Below the pieces are notes generated by a model that ran no database searches, was not told where the DNA came from, and worked only from the letters and a program-made list of their open reading frames with translations. Both the position numbers and the translations under genes were made by a program. 64,000 nucleotides of DNA from the human T2T-CHM13v2.0 reference genome, Homo sapiens: NCBI RefSeq assembly GCF_009914755.1, contig NC_060938.1. One strand, written 5' to 3'. This document shows, one piece after another, positions 16,431-34,390 of this stretch. The first letter of the stretch is position 1. Each line of letters opens with the position of its first letter.

Positions 16431-18254
16431 ATTTTTGAAAAGAATACACATTTTCAGACACATTTATGAGCCAATTTTTATTATTAGAATCAACCATTTA
16501 TGTTTCAATTTAATAGAGCCAAAAAGAAAAGGAAGGATACCTTGATTTTTTTAGAGATTCTGAGGGGCTCAGAAACAGATCATTGGAGGATTTGAACAAC
16601 AATCACAAAATGACATAAAATAAAGATGGTGTTTTACAGTTACACCACGCAGAAGCCAAGATATATTATATGTGGTTACAGAAGTAAAATGCAAAAAATA
16701 CAAACTACAGCTCCCGCTGATAGGAATAAATACTTAAATGTCAGCCTCCATTTTGAAGACATATTTCTGTTTTCTCCAAATGAAGAACCGATGGGCAAAT
16801 GTTTGTGCTCTGTAATTTTCCAGCTGGATTTTTAAAACAGAAAGCAGTACCAGGCTCTTTTATAATGAAAGGCAAAGAGGCTTTCAGAAAAAGAGATCTT
16901 CTAAACAGAGACCTTACAGATTCAATTTACTAAAGAGATCTTTCAGAAATTTAACTATACAAATTCGCGCTATAATCCAAAAGAGTTTTGGAGTACCAGT
17001 TTTTGAAATCCACCATTTCTTTCCAACAAGTTAAATGTGATACTCTCAATTCTTTTTGTTTTTAACTTTAATACACAAGAATTGAAAGATCCTGCATTAT
17101 GTTTATAAAAGGAACTAACTGGAGTACAACGGCAACTACACAAAAAAGATCTAACTATATTTCTGATTCCTATTCATGTTAGTAGGGTTTTGGTATACAC
17201 TAATACTCAGACTTAAGATATACTAAACACCTAGAAATCTAATAAAACAGTACAGTTACAGGTCTTATTTAACTCTTATTAATCAGGAACTGAAATTATT
17301 ATGTGGAAAAGATAAACTCATAATGAATGGAATCAATATCACTATAAAATCCACAATAGAATCATTCCAATTAAATTAATTTTCTATTCGCATTGCTAAT
17401 GCAATTCCTTTTCATCTCTTAATTCATATTTCCAAGTCAATTTACTACTAAGGAAGTATTTCAACTCAAGCCCTCCAGTCTTCAATCTTACTAATAGTAA
17501 AAAGTTACCTATGGATTTCCACTTAAACAAACAAAAAAAATTGAAAGATGTTAATTAAGCCATTTCTACTTCAGTAATATTATGCAATTGCCAGTTTTGT
17601 AAACTATGAACTCTTCTACATACTGTAAAATTTTTAATGAAAACTAAAAGTTAATGAAGAAAAGTCTAAACATTTTACCTACAAGGTTTCAACACAGAAT
17701 TGGAAGACACGAATCAATACATAGTAATACATCCTAGTATTCATGAAGTTGAAAGATAATTTTTTATAAACTGGGGCTAAAAAAAAAAACCAGCAAGTAA
17801 GGACAGCCATCTAAAAGCTATGGCAACCAAGACCATCACCATGAAGAAAAATGAAAAAGCTCCTGTATTTCTCTGTTCTTCACATTGGGTCTCTCATCCT
17901 ACCCCAGACAACTTTCTCCCAGCACATTCTTAGGGTCACAAAACTTTTCCATTAAGCCAACTGTGGACTTCAGTTTTAAATATGCCCCTTTATTCTATAA
18001 CATAACATCAGAAAATCCAGACATCTCAATATTTTTAACAAGCTATCTCCAGTGGCCAGTGACTGCTTCTCAGGGTCATAATTATGTATTCCAGATTTAA
18101 GAACATGATCTACAATACAAAAGAAGCAACGCAGCACCCATAAGGTTTGAAAAATACAAAGTAGCTGATTAATCCACAATAAAAGTGAAAAGTCAACTAT
18201 GTCATAGGCTGTAAAACCTCTATACTCAATACTTTATGGAACATTGCTTTCTCT

Positions 18255-18571
18255 GTTATTGTTTTGTTTTGTTTTTGTTTTTTTGAGGCCGAGTCTTGCT
18301 CTGTCACCCAGGCTGGAGCACAGTGGTGTGATCTCAGCTCACTGCAGCCTCCACTTCCCAGGCTCAAGCAATTCTCGTGCCTCAGCCTCCTGAGTAGCCG
18401 GGACTAAGGCAGGCACCACCAGGCCTGGCTAATTTTTTTTTTTTGTATTTTTAGTAGAGAGAGGGTATCACCACATTGGCCAGGATGGTCTCAAATTCCT
18501 TACCTCAAGTAATCTACCCACCTCATCCTCCCAAAGTGCTGGGATTACAGGCGTGAGCCACTAGTCCCGGC
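18255..18571 (-). mobile_element. AluS
   Basis: Antisense dimer. Confidence 0.92.
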
Positions 18572-18594
18572 TGAAACACTGTTTTTAACTGGTT

Positions 18595-20760
<2,166 letters not shown>

Positions 20761-21340
20761 TAAAATGAAACTATTACAGAGACACTATTCTCTGGAATCT
20801 CAGTTTGCAGGAATTTTTTTAAAGTCATCCAATCCAATCTCTCTTTTAAAGAGCACATCTCTTCTACTTAATCTATGGTGGTCTAATACATTCATTTTTA
20901 GTATAACTGTAGTTGTATAAAGGCTTTTCTGCGATAAGCAAATATATTCTCCAATAATTTCTCTTCAGTGGTCCCAGTTTTGGTTTGTAAGATAACACTG
21001 ACTTAACCTACTCCTTCTACTATATGACAAATTCAGATCTCTAAATTCATTAATTTATTCAATAAGTATTGAGTCCCTATGAAAGTCAGGAGGCCTAAGC
21101 TCTAATTCTAACTCTGCTCAGATAAAAATATAAGTTTGCTTCTACCTACAGACAAAACACAAATTTTTCAATATGCCATGCCATATAAATTCTAGACCCT
21201 TCCCACCAGTCTAGTTATTATTTACTTTGATTATGTGCTCAAAGTTTGATGTCCAACAAAAATGATAGTAGTTATAACATTAGATTCATGACAACAAAGG
21301 CAACATTTCTTTTTTTCAGGTTTCTACAAAATTACAATAC

Positions 21341-21639
21341 TTTTTTTTTTTTTTTTTAAGACAGAGTCTCACTCTGTCACCCAGGCTGGAGTGCAGTGGC
21401 GTGATCTCCGCCCACTGCAACTTCTGCCTCCTGGGTTGAAGCAATTCTCCTGCCTCAGGCCCTAGAGTAGCTGGGAGTACAGGCACGTGCCACCACGCCC
21501 AGCTAATTTTTGTATTTTTAGTGGAGACGGGGTTTCACCATGTTGGCCAGGCTGGTCTCGAACTCCTGACCTCAGGTGATTCGCTCACCTCGGCCTCCCA
21601 AAGTGCTGGGATTACAGGAATGAGCCACCGCGCCCAGCC
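21341..21639 (-). mobile_element. AluS
   Basis: Antisense dimer, TSD tacaata(c/t)tttt. Confidence 0.95.
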
Positions 21640-21673
21640 TACAATATTTTTAAGTTTTAAAAATAAATGTTGA

Positions 21674-21980
21674 GGCTGGGCATGGTGGCTTACACTTGTA
21701 ATCTCAGCACTTTGGGAGGCCGAGGTGGGTGGATAACTTGAGGTCGGGAGTTCAAGACCATCCTGGTCAACATGGTGAAATCCTGTCTCTACTAAAAATA
21801 CAAAAATTAGCAGGGCATGATGGGTGGGCACCTGTAGTTCCAGCTACGCAGGAGGCTGTGGCAGGAGAATTGCTTCAACCCGGGAGGCGGAGGTTGCAGT
21901 GGTTGCAGTAAGCCAAGATACCGCCACTGCACTCCAGCCTGGGCGACAGTGAAACTCCGTCTCAAAAAATAAAACAAAAA
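21674..21980 (+). mobile_element. AluS
   Basis: TSD aaaaataaatgttga; internal 9-bp duplication ggttgcagt. Confidence 0.94.
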
Positions 21981-22452
21981 ATAAATGTTGAAAGTGTTCG
22001 ATCCAAAACAGAATGCAATATTTTATCCTCTGACAAGAGTAAAGAAAGTGCTTCATTTTACTTTTATTATAAATCATTTTGGGAAAAAGAAAGGCTTTAA
22101 TCACTACATATATTAGTCATACATCAATTTAACATTTATTCACTGAGCACCTCTGAAGCATCAGGTACCTCAGATACAAGGATAATATTAGTAGAGTAAC
22201 AGCAAGGAATTACTAAGATGAATAAAAATATCTGTACCTGCCCTGAGTTTCAATGGGGCAGATTTTAGATCCATATAAGAAAGTTTTCTCTAGCAATTAA
22301 AACGTCCAAAAAAAAGACCAACTACTTCCAAACACAGTATATCCTTATTATTTAAATAAGAAGTTATAAATGACCATTTGTAAAGGACAAGGTAGGGGTT
22401 ATATGCACTATGTGCCAGCCACAGGTTCCCTGCTAGCTCCTAAACTCATTAA

Positions 22453-22681
22453 TTTTTTTTTTATTTTTACTTTAAGTTACAGGATACATGTGCAGAAGAA
22501 TGTGCAGGTTTGTTACATAGGTATATGTGTGCCATGGTGGTTTGCTGCACCTATCGACCTGTCCTCTAAGTTACTTCTCCTCACCCCCCACCACCAACAA
22601 GCCCTAGTGTGTATTATTCCCCTCCCTGTGTCCCTGTGTTCTCACTGTTCAACTCCCACTTATAAGCGAGAACATGCGGTG
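22453..22681 (-). mobile_element. Short 5'-truncated L1PA
   Basis: L1 3'UTR antisense; TSD aaactc(a/c)ttaattttt at 22442 and 22684. Confidence 0.9.
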
Positions 22682-23562
22682 CAAAACTCCTTAATTTTTG
22701 TGGAGCAAGTTACTTCCAGGCTGGCTTCCACACAATTATACAGGTCTGGACAGGTGCTTCCTATCCCATGGAAGGAGGCTATACTGCACAATTTCCCCAC
22801 TCCCAGGCAGACAGATTCAGAGCCTAAAGCCTTCCCTTAGAATGACCCAAAATCTGTTCACATGACTTCAATCTCAGGTCTTCCGCCCAATCTATTAGGA
22901 TACTCATCTGTCTCTGAAAAGGTTTCTCCCAACTCTTTTCTAACACAGACTGATTTTATTAAAAGAAGAATTACTTACAGAGGATTACTTAAATTGAACT
23001 AATTATCTGGAGGTCTTAATGGCAAAGGAAAGGGAGGAAAGGGCTTGAGTTTCAGGGTAGGGAAGATGTGAACTCTCAGTCATTGTTGATGGGTGCAAAT
23101 TTTTTTGGAGAATAATTGGTTAAAATTCACCAAAACCTTTAAGACAATTTAGGAAATTTAGCTCTAGAAATTTATTTAAAGAAATAATTAAGATTGTGTG
23201 AAAAAAATCTGTTCAAGGATACTGATCCCAGCATTATTTACAATAAAGAAATATTGGAGACAATTGCTTGTATGTTTGTATATAATGAACTAAAAATTAT
23301 ATAACTATACAAGAAAATAATACACAAGTATTAAATATGTATATTTACTGACAAAAAGTTGTTATATATTGTTAAATTTAAAAGCACGTTATCAAATATA
23401 CATCTATATAATATATACTGTATATTATTATACATATCTATTCTATGATTTATACGTATGTCCTTAATATGAATTTTTAAAAGTTGGGAATGTTTATCTC
23501 TTGGTAAAGGAGACACAAGTAATTTTTCATTCCTATATAGTTTTAAAAATGAACATGTATCA

Positions 23563-23999
<437 letters not shown>

Positions 24000-24270
24000 T
24001 TACTACTACATTAAGAATAACAGGAAACAATTCCTGGAAAAAACTGGTAAAGGACCCAAACATCTCTAGCATGTATTACAATGAAGAACCAAAGCTGAAA
24101 ATGCAAAACTAGTTCCTTAAAAGATGTCTTTAAAAATATATTAAGTTACACCTGATTCTTTCTGATTTGGATACATGAAGAGTTAATAAGGGGGTCAAGA
24201 AGGCACGGGGCACCAACAAAGGGATGCATGCATGTGAGAAATAACACATTATTTCATAAGACAAAGCTGG

Positions 24271-24709
<439 letters not shown>

Positions 24710-25007
24710 TCACAATCCTTCTCAGGCAGTCCTAATTATCCTAAATCAGAAAGAAGCAAACAAAACTAGCTAATGCTACTTAAGGCAGGTTATTCTATCT
24801 GCCTGAAATCATTCACATTTTATAATTTATAACAGCATTACAGAGCCTAGTTTATAGGACTCAGTTAATTAACAATAAACATAAATATAAAGTTCCAACA
24901 AAATGAGGACAAGAGAAGGCACAGCAGGAAGAATATGCAGCAACCAAAAACGGGACCGTTTCTGGTTTTAGTTATTTGTATTGTAAGGTGGCTATCGGCA
25001 AAGTCAT

Positions 25008-25318
<311 letters not shown>

Positions 25319-25589
25319 TGATAGTAAAGGTAAATCAAGCCTGGGCTCTGAATGGAAACATGAGGGTCAGAGTAATGACCAAGTGATAACCAGGAAGAAG
25401 TGCATCTGAAAACTGGTGCTGAGACCTAAAGTTTTACGTATTGAAATCAGTCCATAAATCCCTCATTTCTCAGTAGAGGGGTAAGGCTTCTAAGCCTCAT
25501 CTGACCATAATATGTATAGTGCCTACAGCATGGCAGACAATGTGTTAAGGACTATGTGTAGAGTAGTGAATTTAAAGATGCAGTCCTAA

Positions 25590-25800
25590 GGTGGCTTGGA
25601 ATAATGGAAAGAGCAGAGACTGGAATCAGAAGATCTAGATTCAAGTCCTTACAGTGCCATCTACTAACAGTAAGATTGAGGGTAACAGTAAGTTTCTTCT
25701 TGGGTAAAATAGGGATGATAGCACATCTGTTCCACCTACTTCACTAGATTATCGTGTGAAACAAATCACACACTGATCATGAGAGTGTTATACAAACATT
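25590..25800 (+). mobile_element. MIR
   Basis: tggaaagagcagagactggaatcagaagatctagattcaagtcc...gtaaaatagggatgata. Confidence 0.75.
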
Positions 25801-27201
25801 AGTCATTCTTAGTCATTTTAATCCAATTTCATTTTCATAAATATGTTGGAAGGCGGGGGCCAGTATGACTCACTAGCCCAAACACCTCCAAGGACAGATC
25901 TGACTATCAGCTGGGCTTCCCACATCATCATCTCAAAATCTCCATGAGAGATTATATTTAACAGAAATAAAATTATATTAGGCCTAAATTCATCTTGTCC
26001 TTCTCAGAGAGTCATCTACCCTCTCAAACTTGACTAGTACTTCACGTCACTGGAAAGCAATAGCCTTCTAATAAAACTCTCCATATACAAATACTCAAAA
26101 TAGTCCAATACCACCAAGTGAATTCATTTATCTTAGTCAAAGTTCTCAAACTGACAACAAAGCCCCAAAAACACAAGTATTGCTTGTTAATAGAGTTCAT
26201 GTTTTTCTTTCTGTGTTCTTGGTCTGAAACCACAATGTTAGTTTACAAGTGAAACCCTTTTAAATTTTGAAAGCAAAACTAAAAAAAGAAATCTAAGTCA
26301 ATCTGTATTCTATCCCATTTGTCTTCATAAAATACACTGGAAATGAAGATCAAAGTGAAAATGCTAAACCTATGTAAACAAAGAACTGGAATACTAGATG
26401 AATAAGCCCAAGGTTGCAGCTGTATCCACAAGTCAATCTGGGGACTATACTAGTGATGCATTGCTATACTTGCACTAGTGACGGCACTGTTTTATGTCTA
26501 TCTTCACCAAGTTGAAAGTACTTTTTACTTCTTTTACAGTTTTCATAACATGTATTTTGCTCCCAGGTATGGTTCAGAGCTTCACATTCATCATTAGAAC
26601 CATATTTTCTCTTTAGGCAGTCACAAAATAAGCCTACCTCTGAACAGTAAGAAAAATAAATAATAAGATTTTACCCAGATGACTTTTAAAATAGTAAATA
26701 TCCACAACAGTAGCACATCATCCCAATAAAACATGTTTTATTTTCGCAGTGACCTTATACAACATTTAACATAACATTTATTTAATAAGAAATATAATTT
26801 AAAGTTTTTGAAGGACAATCCTTCCTCTCTTATTTTCTACTGTTAAGCTATTTTTCCAAGTTATTCACTCTCTCACTCAAATATGAAAACCAAGAGTCTC
26901 TCATAATGTCAGACACAGGACACAAAAAGGACAGTATATTCATATAGTTCAGCTGTGTTACTATCAAAAAATAAGAAAGTAGGTGATGTTTTGATATCAA
27001 ATGTCAGAGAAATAACATCACATACATCTATTTTCTATTACCTTCAGATTTTTAGGCATTGGACTAGACTCTTAATATTTAAAGATCAAAGTATACTGGT
27101 GGAGAGAAGACATAAGAAACAGCTACATTTTCTTTGCTTACAAATTCATGCTTAAAAAAATAACATAAGACTTGGTAACCTACAACCAACTGCTGAACTT
27201 A

Positions 27202-27525
<324 letters not shown>

Positions 27526-29739
27526 AATCACAATGACCTGTGGTCCTGCACCAGTCAATAAGGCATGGTGATGGCCATGCTTGTGTCTTAGATAATATGC
27601 CTGCCCCTAAGCTTAGAATTCAGCTACAGACACAGGTTCCGGTGACTCAATAAGAAAGAGATTTAAGACTTCCTTTGATTACCCAGTTATCCACTTGGTT
27701 AACTCCCTAATGCCCTTCAAGTCTGTTCAAATCTAACCTTTTCAATGAGGCCTACCCTGACCATCCTTATATAATTCCCCAACCTGCCTTCTTCACTCCA
27801 TTCAGGCATTCCTGATCCTCCTTAACCATTCAACCTTTTCTTCTTTCTATACCTTTAATCTCCTTGTAACGTATTATACAATGTGTTTATTATGTTTGTT
27901 GTCTCTCTCCCCCCACTAAAATTTGAGTTCCATGAGGGGAGGAATCTTTGTCCGCTTTGTTCACTAGATGTATCACAAGGCACCACAACAGTGTCTGCCC
28001 CATAGGAGGCCTTCTATAAGTATTTGTTGAATGTTAAATACTCCTTTGCATCCTGTCCTCCCAGTTCTCCATCCCAGCTCCCATTCATTAACATGCCTCA
28101 CTCTAACCATGCTCGCAGTGGAACAACTAGGACTGGAAATAAACAAACAAGGCTCCAGATCAGAAAGGGAGGGAGGTTTTTACATTTATCCCCTACTCTA
28201 GTCCCTAAAAATCCATCCTATGTTTTTTCCTTTTATCTGCTTTCTGAATTCTCAATTCCTCCCAAATTCTTTGTCTTGATTTCCTTCTCTGTAGAATTCC
28301 ATCTCTAAACTCAGCAATCGTCTTAGACACTTGGGTGATACGACAAACTTAAAGAATGGTAACTGAATGCTGTAATCACTCAGTCTTGATGAAAGTAAAA
28401 CCCTGAAACAAGAAGAAACATTTGTGTGCCTCATTTCTCTTTCCTGTCATAGCTAAGCTGCTTCAGAGAGCAGGCTACATTCCCTCTACTTCCTCACTTA
28501 CCAATCATACCTCAACTCTACTCTTAATGAACCCTTCCAACTCCTTGCTTACATGACCACTATGCTGCTTACTCCTTCAAGGCATATTTATTGACCACAT
28601 ACTATATACTAGGCAATATACTAGTACAGGTGTTTCAACAGTAAACATAAGATCTCTGTTCTCATGCAGTTTTAGTCTACCAGGAAGACAAGCAAAAATG
28701 AGAAGTGATAAATGATGAGTATCATGATAAAAAATGTACATGGAGCTTTGAAAACATACAGCTGCTAGATGTGACCTACTCTAAGGGACAGAAAAGCCCC
28801 CCCACCGAGAAATGTAATGTTTAAACAGAAACCCAAAGAGTAGGCGATAAGATGGAAGAGAAAGAGTGTTCTAAAGGAATACCTGCAAAAATCTGAAAGA
28901 CAGAGAGTAGAGTGCATATAAAGAACTGAAAGTTCAGTATGGATACGGTATTGGGATAAGCAGGGCCTTAACAGGAATATTATTCTAAGACTTTATTCTA
29001 CAGACAAAGGAAATAAAGGAGAAATGACACAAAACTTCAGATTTATATTTTTTGGAGAATGAATTCATCTTCCTCATTGCAGTTAGAGCAAACAGGAACA
29101 AGAATGGAGGCAGCTGATGATAGAGATCATCTCTTGAAACTTTTCGTTCCTATGAAAAGAACTTCCTCATACCGCTTTGTTTCTTCTCAGACACCTTCAA
29201 TATATTATTTTTCTCTGCCACCCCTCTAAGGCTACAGCCTTTCCTCAGCTCTCCTACAAACTCTCCTGGGTGACCTCACCTATATTTCACAGGTACCACC
29301 CCATAAAGTGATGATGACTCCCAAACCTGTATCCCCAGTCCAGAACTCTCAAGGCCAGAGGTGCATTTCCTACCACCTACCAGACACATTCACCTATGCA
29401 ATGCCTTATGTTCAAAACCAAACATAAAATCCAGACTCCACATATTTGGTATTTCCTAACTCTGTTGATAGCATCAATGTAGTCACTCAAGCCAGAAATT
29501 CTAAATGCCATCAATTACCCTTCTCCTCCTGCCCCTCACCGATTACCAGGTGTTTTTGATCATCTTCTAAATATGACTCAAATCCATCCCTTCCTTTCAT
29601 CTTCTATACCAGGGCCTAAATTTAGTCTTGCATAAACTCTCATCCGGATTATTCGGGAACTGGTCTCTACATTTCTAGCCACTTTGTAAAATCCTTACAC
29701 TACACTGTAAGATATTTCCTCCTAAAAAGTGTTTCTCTA

Positions 29740-30050
29740 GTCCGGGCACAGTGTACTCACACCCTAAAATCCCAGCACTTTGGGAGGCAGAGGTGGATGG
29801 ATTGCTTGAGCCTCCGAGTTCAAGACCAGCCTGGGCAACATGGCGAAACCCCACCTTTACAAAAAAATAAAATAAAATACAGAAATTAACTGGGCATGGC
29901 AGTGTGTGCCAGTCCCAGCTACTCAGGAGGCTGAAGTGGGAGGATCACTTGAGCCTGGGAGGCGGAGGGTCTAGTGAGCTGAGATCATGCCACTACACTG
30001 CAGCCTAAGTGAAAAAGTAAGACCCTGTCTCAAAAAAATAAAAATAAATA
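29740..30050 (+). mobile_element. AluJ
   Basis: Diverged dimer. Confidence 0.9.
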
Positions 30051-30488
30051 ATTGAAAAGGTCCAAATTCTTTGATATGACACATGGAGTCCATTAGCTGG
30101 TGTTTCCTGCCAGCAAATAGCCTCTATTCTCCATCTATAAAATAATAAAAATAAATAATTGAAATGACATCTCTGCCAGATGTCACACTGAACCTGGAAT
30201 GAATACAGATGCAGATCTCTCAAAACTCATCACGGCTTCTCAAGCCTCCAGGTGTTTGCACATACTATACCCAAAGCCTGGAATATCTTTTCCTATCTTC
30301 TCTACCTAGAAACCACTGGTCTTCTTTTAAAAATCCAGTTAATGTTCCTTCCTCTGTTAATCTTCCTTGGTTCACACTCCTCTCTCTCCCTTCCTTCATC
30401 CCCAACAAAGGCAGAGTTTGGCATTTCTTCCACTTCTCCTCTATGGCACATAATTTTCTACCAAATTATGACTGCTTACATGTCTGCT

Positions 30489-30783
30489 TTCTTTTTTCTT
30501 TTTTGAGATGGAGTTTTGCTTTTGTTGCCCAGGCTGGAGTGAAGTGGCGCAATCTCAGCTCACTGCAACCTCCGACCCCCGGGTTCAACCAATTCTCTTG
30601 CCTCTCCCAAGTAGCTGGGATTATAGGCACCTGCCACCATGCCCGGCTAATTTTTGTATTTTTAATAGAGATGGGGTTTTGCCATGTTGGCCAGGCTGGT
30701 CTCAAACTGCTGACCTCAGGTGATCCACCAGCCTTGGCCTCCCAAAGTGCTAGGATTACAGGCGTGAGCCACTGCGCCTGGCC
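30489..30783 (-). mobile_element. AluS
   Basis: Antisense dimer, TSD-like gtctg(c/t)tttctt. Confidence 0.93.
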
Positions 30784-31247
30784 ACGTCTGTTTTCTTGAC
30801 TAAACCATATGTTCCTTATTGACAGTGTACTTCATCTCATGTTTGCATCCCCATATCCTAACACATTGTCAGCACTCAACAAATACTTCTTTAATGAATG
30901 AATGCTTCTAGAAGTGTGATGATACATTAAGCTTTGTCTCTATAAAATGGGATCTTGGGATATGTTTCAAAGTGCCTAAAGCCATTCCAGAATGGTGACT
31001 CTTGGCTGGAGGAAAAGAAAGTAAAGGCATACATAAAGGAGATTCCCCATAGCAGACCTAATTCATCTAGCATCCAGAGGAACCCACGTTAGTGATAAGA
31101 CTACATGACAAAGACTTCTACGCAAATTATAACATCATTTATAATTGCAAAAAAAAAAGTTTAAAAACTAGAAATAACAAATATGCAACTTAGAATGATT
31201 AACTAAATGAAGGCTCATTCAACGGATCCTTTAAAAATAGTACTTTT

Positions 31248-31614
31248 GACTGGGTGTGGTGGCTCACCCTGTAATTCCAGCACTTTGGGAGGCCAAGGTG
31301 GGCAGATCACGAGGTCAGGAGATTGAGACCATCCTAGTCAACCTGGTGAAACCCCGTCTCTACTAGAAATACAAAAATTAGCTGAGTGTGGTGGCACATG
31401 CCTGTAATCCCAGCTACTCAGGAGGCTGAGGCAGGAGAATCACCTGAACCAGGGAGTCAGGAGGTTGCAGTAAGCTGAGATTGCGCCACCGCACTCCAGC
31501 CTGGCGACACTGCAAGACTCCGTCTCAAAAAAAAAAGTACTTTTGTATGATTACACCACTGCACTCTAGCCTGGGCAAAAGAGCAAGACCCTGTCATCCA
31601 AAAAAAAAAAAAAA
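31248..31614 (+). mobile_element. AluS (31248-31536) plus Alu 3' fragment (31548-31614)
   Basis: Three copies of gtacttttg bound the two inserts. Confidence 0.9.
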
Positions 31615-32004
31615 TGTACTTTTGTAGAATATTTAACGACTAGGGAAAATGCTGGTCATTTCAATCAAACAGAAAAAAGACCTGTATCATATTCCCAATC
31701 ATAAATTAAATATAAAAGCCATTTTGGAAATACTGATTTAAAAACATTTAGGAAATAAGCCTGAAATAAACTGTATTAAATTATTAGCAGTACCTATCTC
31801 TGAGTAATTTTCTACAACTAATTTGTTCAACAAATATTTATTGAGCATTTGTTTGTTACATTACAAAGATGTGCAAGAGACATCTGTTTCTGTCCCCTGG
31901 GAACTAAACATGTTATTCTTCTATAATCAATCAGATAAAGCAATAAAGGTTAGAAAAAAATTCATAGGATTGCCCAGTCTAAATTTATATTCTATGAAAG
32001 GTAA

Positions 32005-32048
32005 AATAATAATAATAATAATAATAAATAAATAAATAAAAATAAAAA
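32005..32048. repeat. (TAA)n/(TAAA)n microsatellite
   Basis: Read directly. Confidence 0.85.
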
Positions 32049-32617
32049 GCCAGATTGCCAGAACTTCTCTGAAATCTAGGCTGGAAGCAATTTTGATACA
32101 AATATTTGGATAAGGGCTGCCCAAATGGCTTGTACTACTGATTATGAACTGTATCATGATGCTGTAGTTGTTATAGATCCTTGTGGTCAGAGGTAGTTGA
32201 GAATCTAAATCTCCAGATTTATCCTTCCTGCTGGCAGATCTACATTTTTACAGTAATTACAAATAAAAGCTGCTCAGTTGACATTTAATCCTTCATCCAC
32301 CATCCACCAAATTCCTTTTCTCTTCTGTGTTTCTTTTCCCTCTACCATTTCCTGCTCTTGCCCTCAATGATTCACTCCATTTATCTAAAAGAATCTTTAT
32401 GTTCCTCCTCTTCTTTCAACCAAAGAACAGCCAATATAAGATTGAACTCTCCCTCTTGGGGATTCTCAGGAAAGATGGAAGCTTCAGAGGGGATCTGTGG
32501 TATTGATGAACATAAAAGTAAATTACGAAGAATCTCAAAGCCAGAGTCCTTTAAAGCTTCTGCTTCAAAAGATACCTAAGGTGTAAAAAAAAAAAAAAAA
32601 AAAAAGGCAGGGAAAAA

Positions 32618-32902
32618 TCCAGGCTTGGTGGCTCACACCTATTAATCCCAGCCCTTTGGGAGACTGAGGCAGAAGCATCACATGGGGTCAAGAATTTGAG
32701 ACTAGCTTGGGCAACACAGGAAGACCCTGTCTTTACATTAAAAAAAAAAAAAATTAGCCAGGCATGTTGCCACACACACTTGTAGTCCCAGCTACTGAGG
32801 AGGCTGAGGAGAGAGAATCCCTTAAGCCCAGGAGTTCAAGGCTGCAGTGAGCTGATCGTGCCACTGGACTCCAGCCTAAAGCACAAGACCATCTCTCAAA
32901 AA
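32618..32902 (+). mobile_element. AluJ
   Basis: Diverged dimer preceded by a poly(A) run at 32585-32606. Confidence 0.88.
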
Positions 32903-33282
32903 CACAGGGGGATATTATCTGAGTAGAACAGTGGCTAATTTACCTTCATTATTCTTTACTGCAGGTATTTCACTAGTTTATATCCTACATTGAAAATACT
33001 TCTAAAACGTCCTAGGATGTTCAGCTCATCAGAAACACAGTGATAAATAGCAAAATTACTCTAATTGCCCAGAGCTTAAAAAATTCAGCACTACAGTTTC
33101 AGGTTATGTGTTTTTAGGCATACTAAGGAGTAAATTTAAACTGACAAAATTCTATAGGACTTAGATCACTGATAGTGGATATACTATAAAATAGTTTTTC
33201 AGAAATATTTCCCCAGAGAACTCAAATAGATGAAATTTGTAATAAAAATACACACGCAGGGTATCATTAGACAGCATCACAG

Positions 33283-33588
33283 GGCCGGATGTGGTGGCTC
33301 ATGCCTGTAATTTCAATACTTTGGGAGGCCGAGGCAGGCAGATCATTTAAGCTCAGGAGTTCGAGACCAGACTGGGAAACATGGCAAGACCTCCTCTCTA
33401 CTAAAAAAAAATACAAAAATTAGCCAGACATGGTGGCACACACCTGTAGTGCCAGCTACTTGGGGGGCTGAGGTGGGAGGATCACTTCAGCCCGGGAGGT
33501 TGAGGCTTCAATGAACCAAGATCACACCACTGCCCTCTAGCCTGGGGGACAGAGCGACATCCTGTATCCAAACAAACAGACAAACAGA
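33283..33588 (+). mobile_element. AluJ
   Basis: Dimer; TSD-like gcat(c/t)acag. Confidence 0.9.
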
Positions 33589-33679
33589 AGGCATTACAGG
33601 AATACATAGAGTATTAAATGCTAACTTAGTGCTATGATGTCAAAAGCATGTGCTCAGAGAACTAAGTGACAGAGTCTGA

Positions 33680-34390
33680 TATTCATTCATTCATTCATTC
33701 ATCAAATTTTTAGGAAGTACTTACTCTGTGGCAGGCATAATCAGAGACAGAGCAGTGAAGAGATTAAAATCCCTGCCATCATGGAGTATTTTAGTGAATC
33801 AAGATAGATAATAAACAAGAAAAAAATAAGTAAAACATTATGTTGGTGATAAGTACAAAGCAAAAAATAGAGTAGGAAAAAAAGATCGGGAGGATGTGAA
33901 AAAAAGGAGGAAGGGAGCAAGCCATATAGTGGGGGGCGGTGGTGAAGGGGAGACATTACGAAGAGAGGAAATAGCAAGAACAAGGACCCAAAGATGGGGA
34001 GATGCTTATCATGTTTAAGGAGCAGCAAGCAGGCCAGTGTGACTAGAGCAGAATGACTAAGGAGAGTGGTAGATGAGGCTGAGAAATAAGAGGGAAGGGC
34101 TGTCTTGCCCAGGAGCATTTGGGTAAGGCTTTCATGGACAGGTATTACAGCAACATGTGGAAATGGAGGGGTGGAAGGTGATTCCAAGTAATTACAACAA
34201 AGGAAAACAAAAGACAAGGAGCTAAGAACGCCTTAAGGATGTTTAGAATCAGAGGCTGGCCTAGTGTGCAATGAATATACATGTAAGTGTGAGGAAGCAA
34301 CATTGTGAGGGTAGAGGAAGCAACATTGTGAGGGTAGGGGACCATGTGTTAAGGGGTGAAGGTAGAGTATGATGAATATTCGGTTTTTGA
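33680..34390 (+). mobile_element. L2 fragment
   Basis: (ttca)n start, ccctgccatcatggag, ggaggccagtgtg-like motifs. Confidence 0.65.

Larger units (their letters stand above)
27690..30905. mobile_element. Cluster of L2 fragments interrupted by Alus
   Basis: L2 3' termini tatttgttgaatg (28021) and aatgaatgaatg (30893); opposite-strand piece at 28580-29120. Confidence 0.6.
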
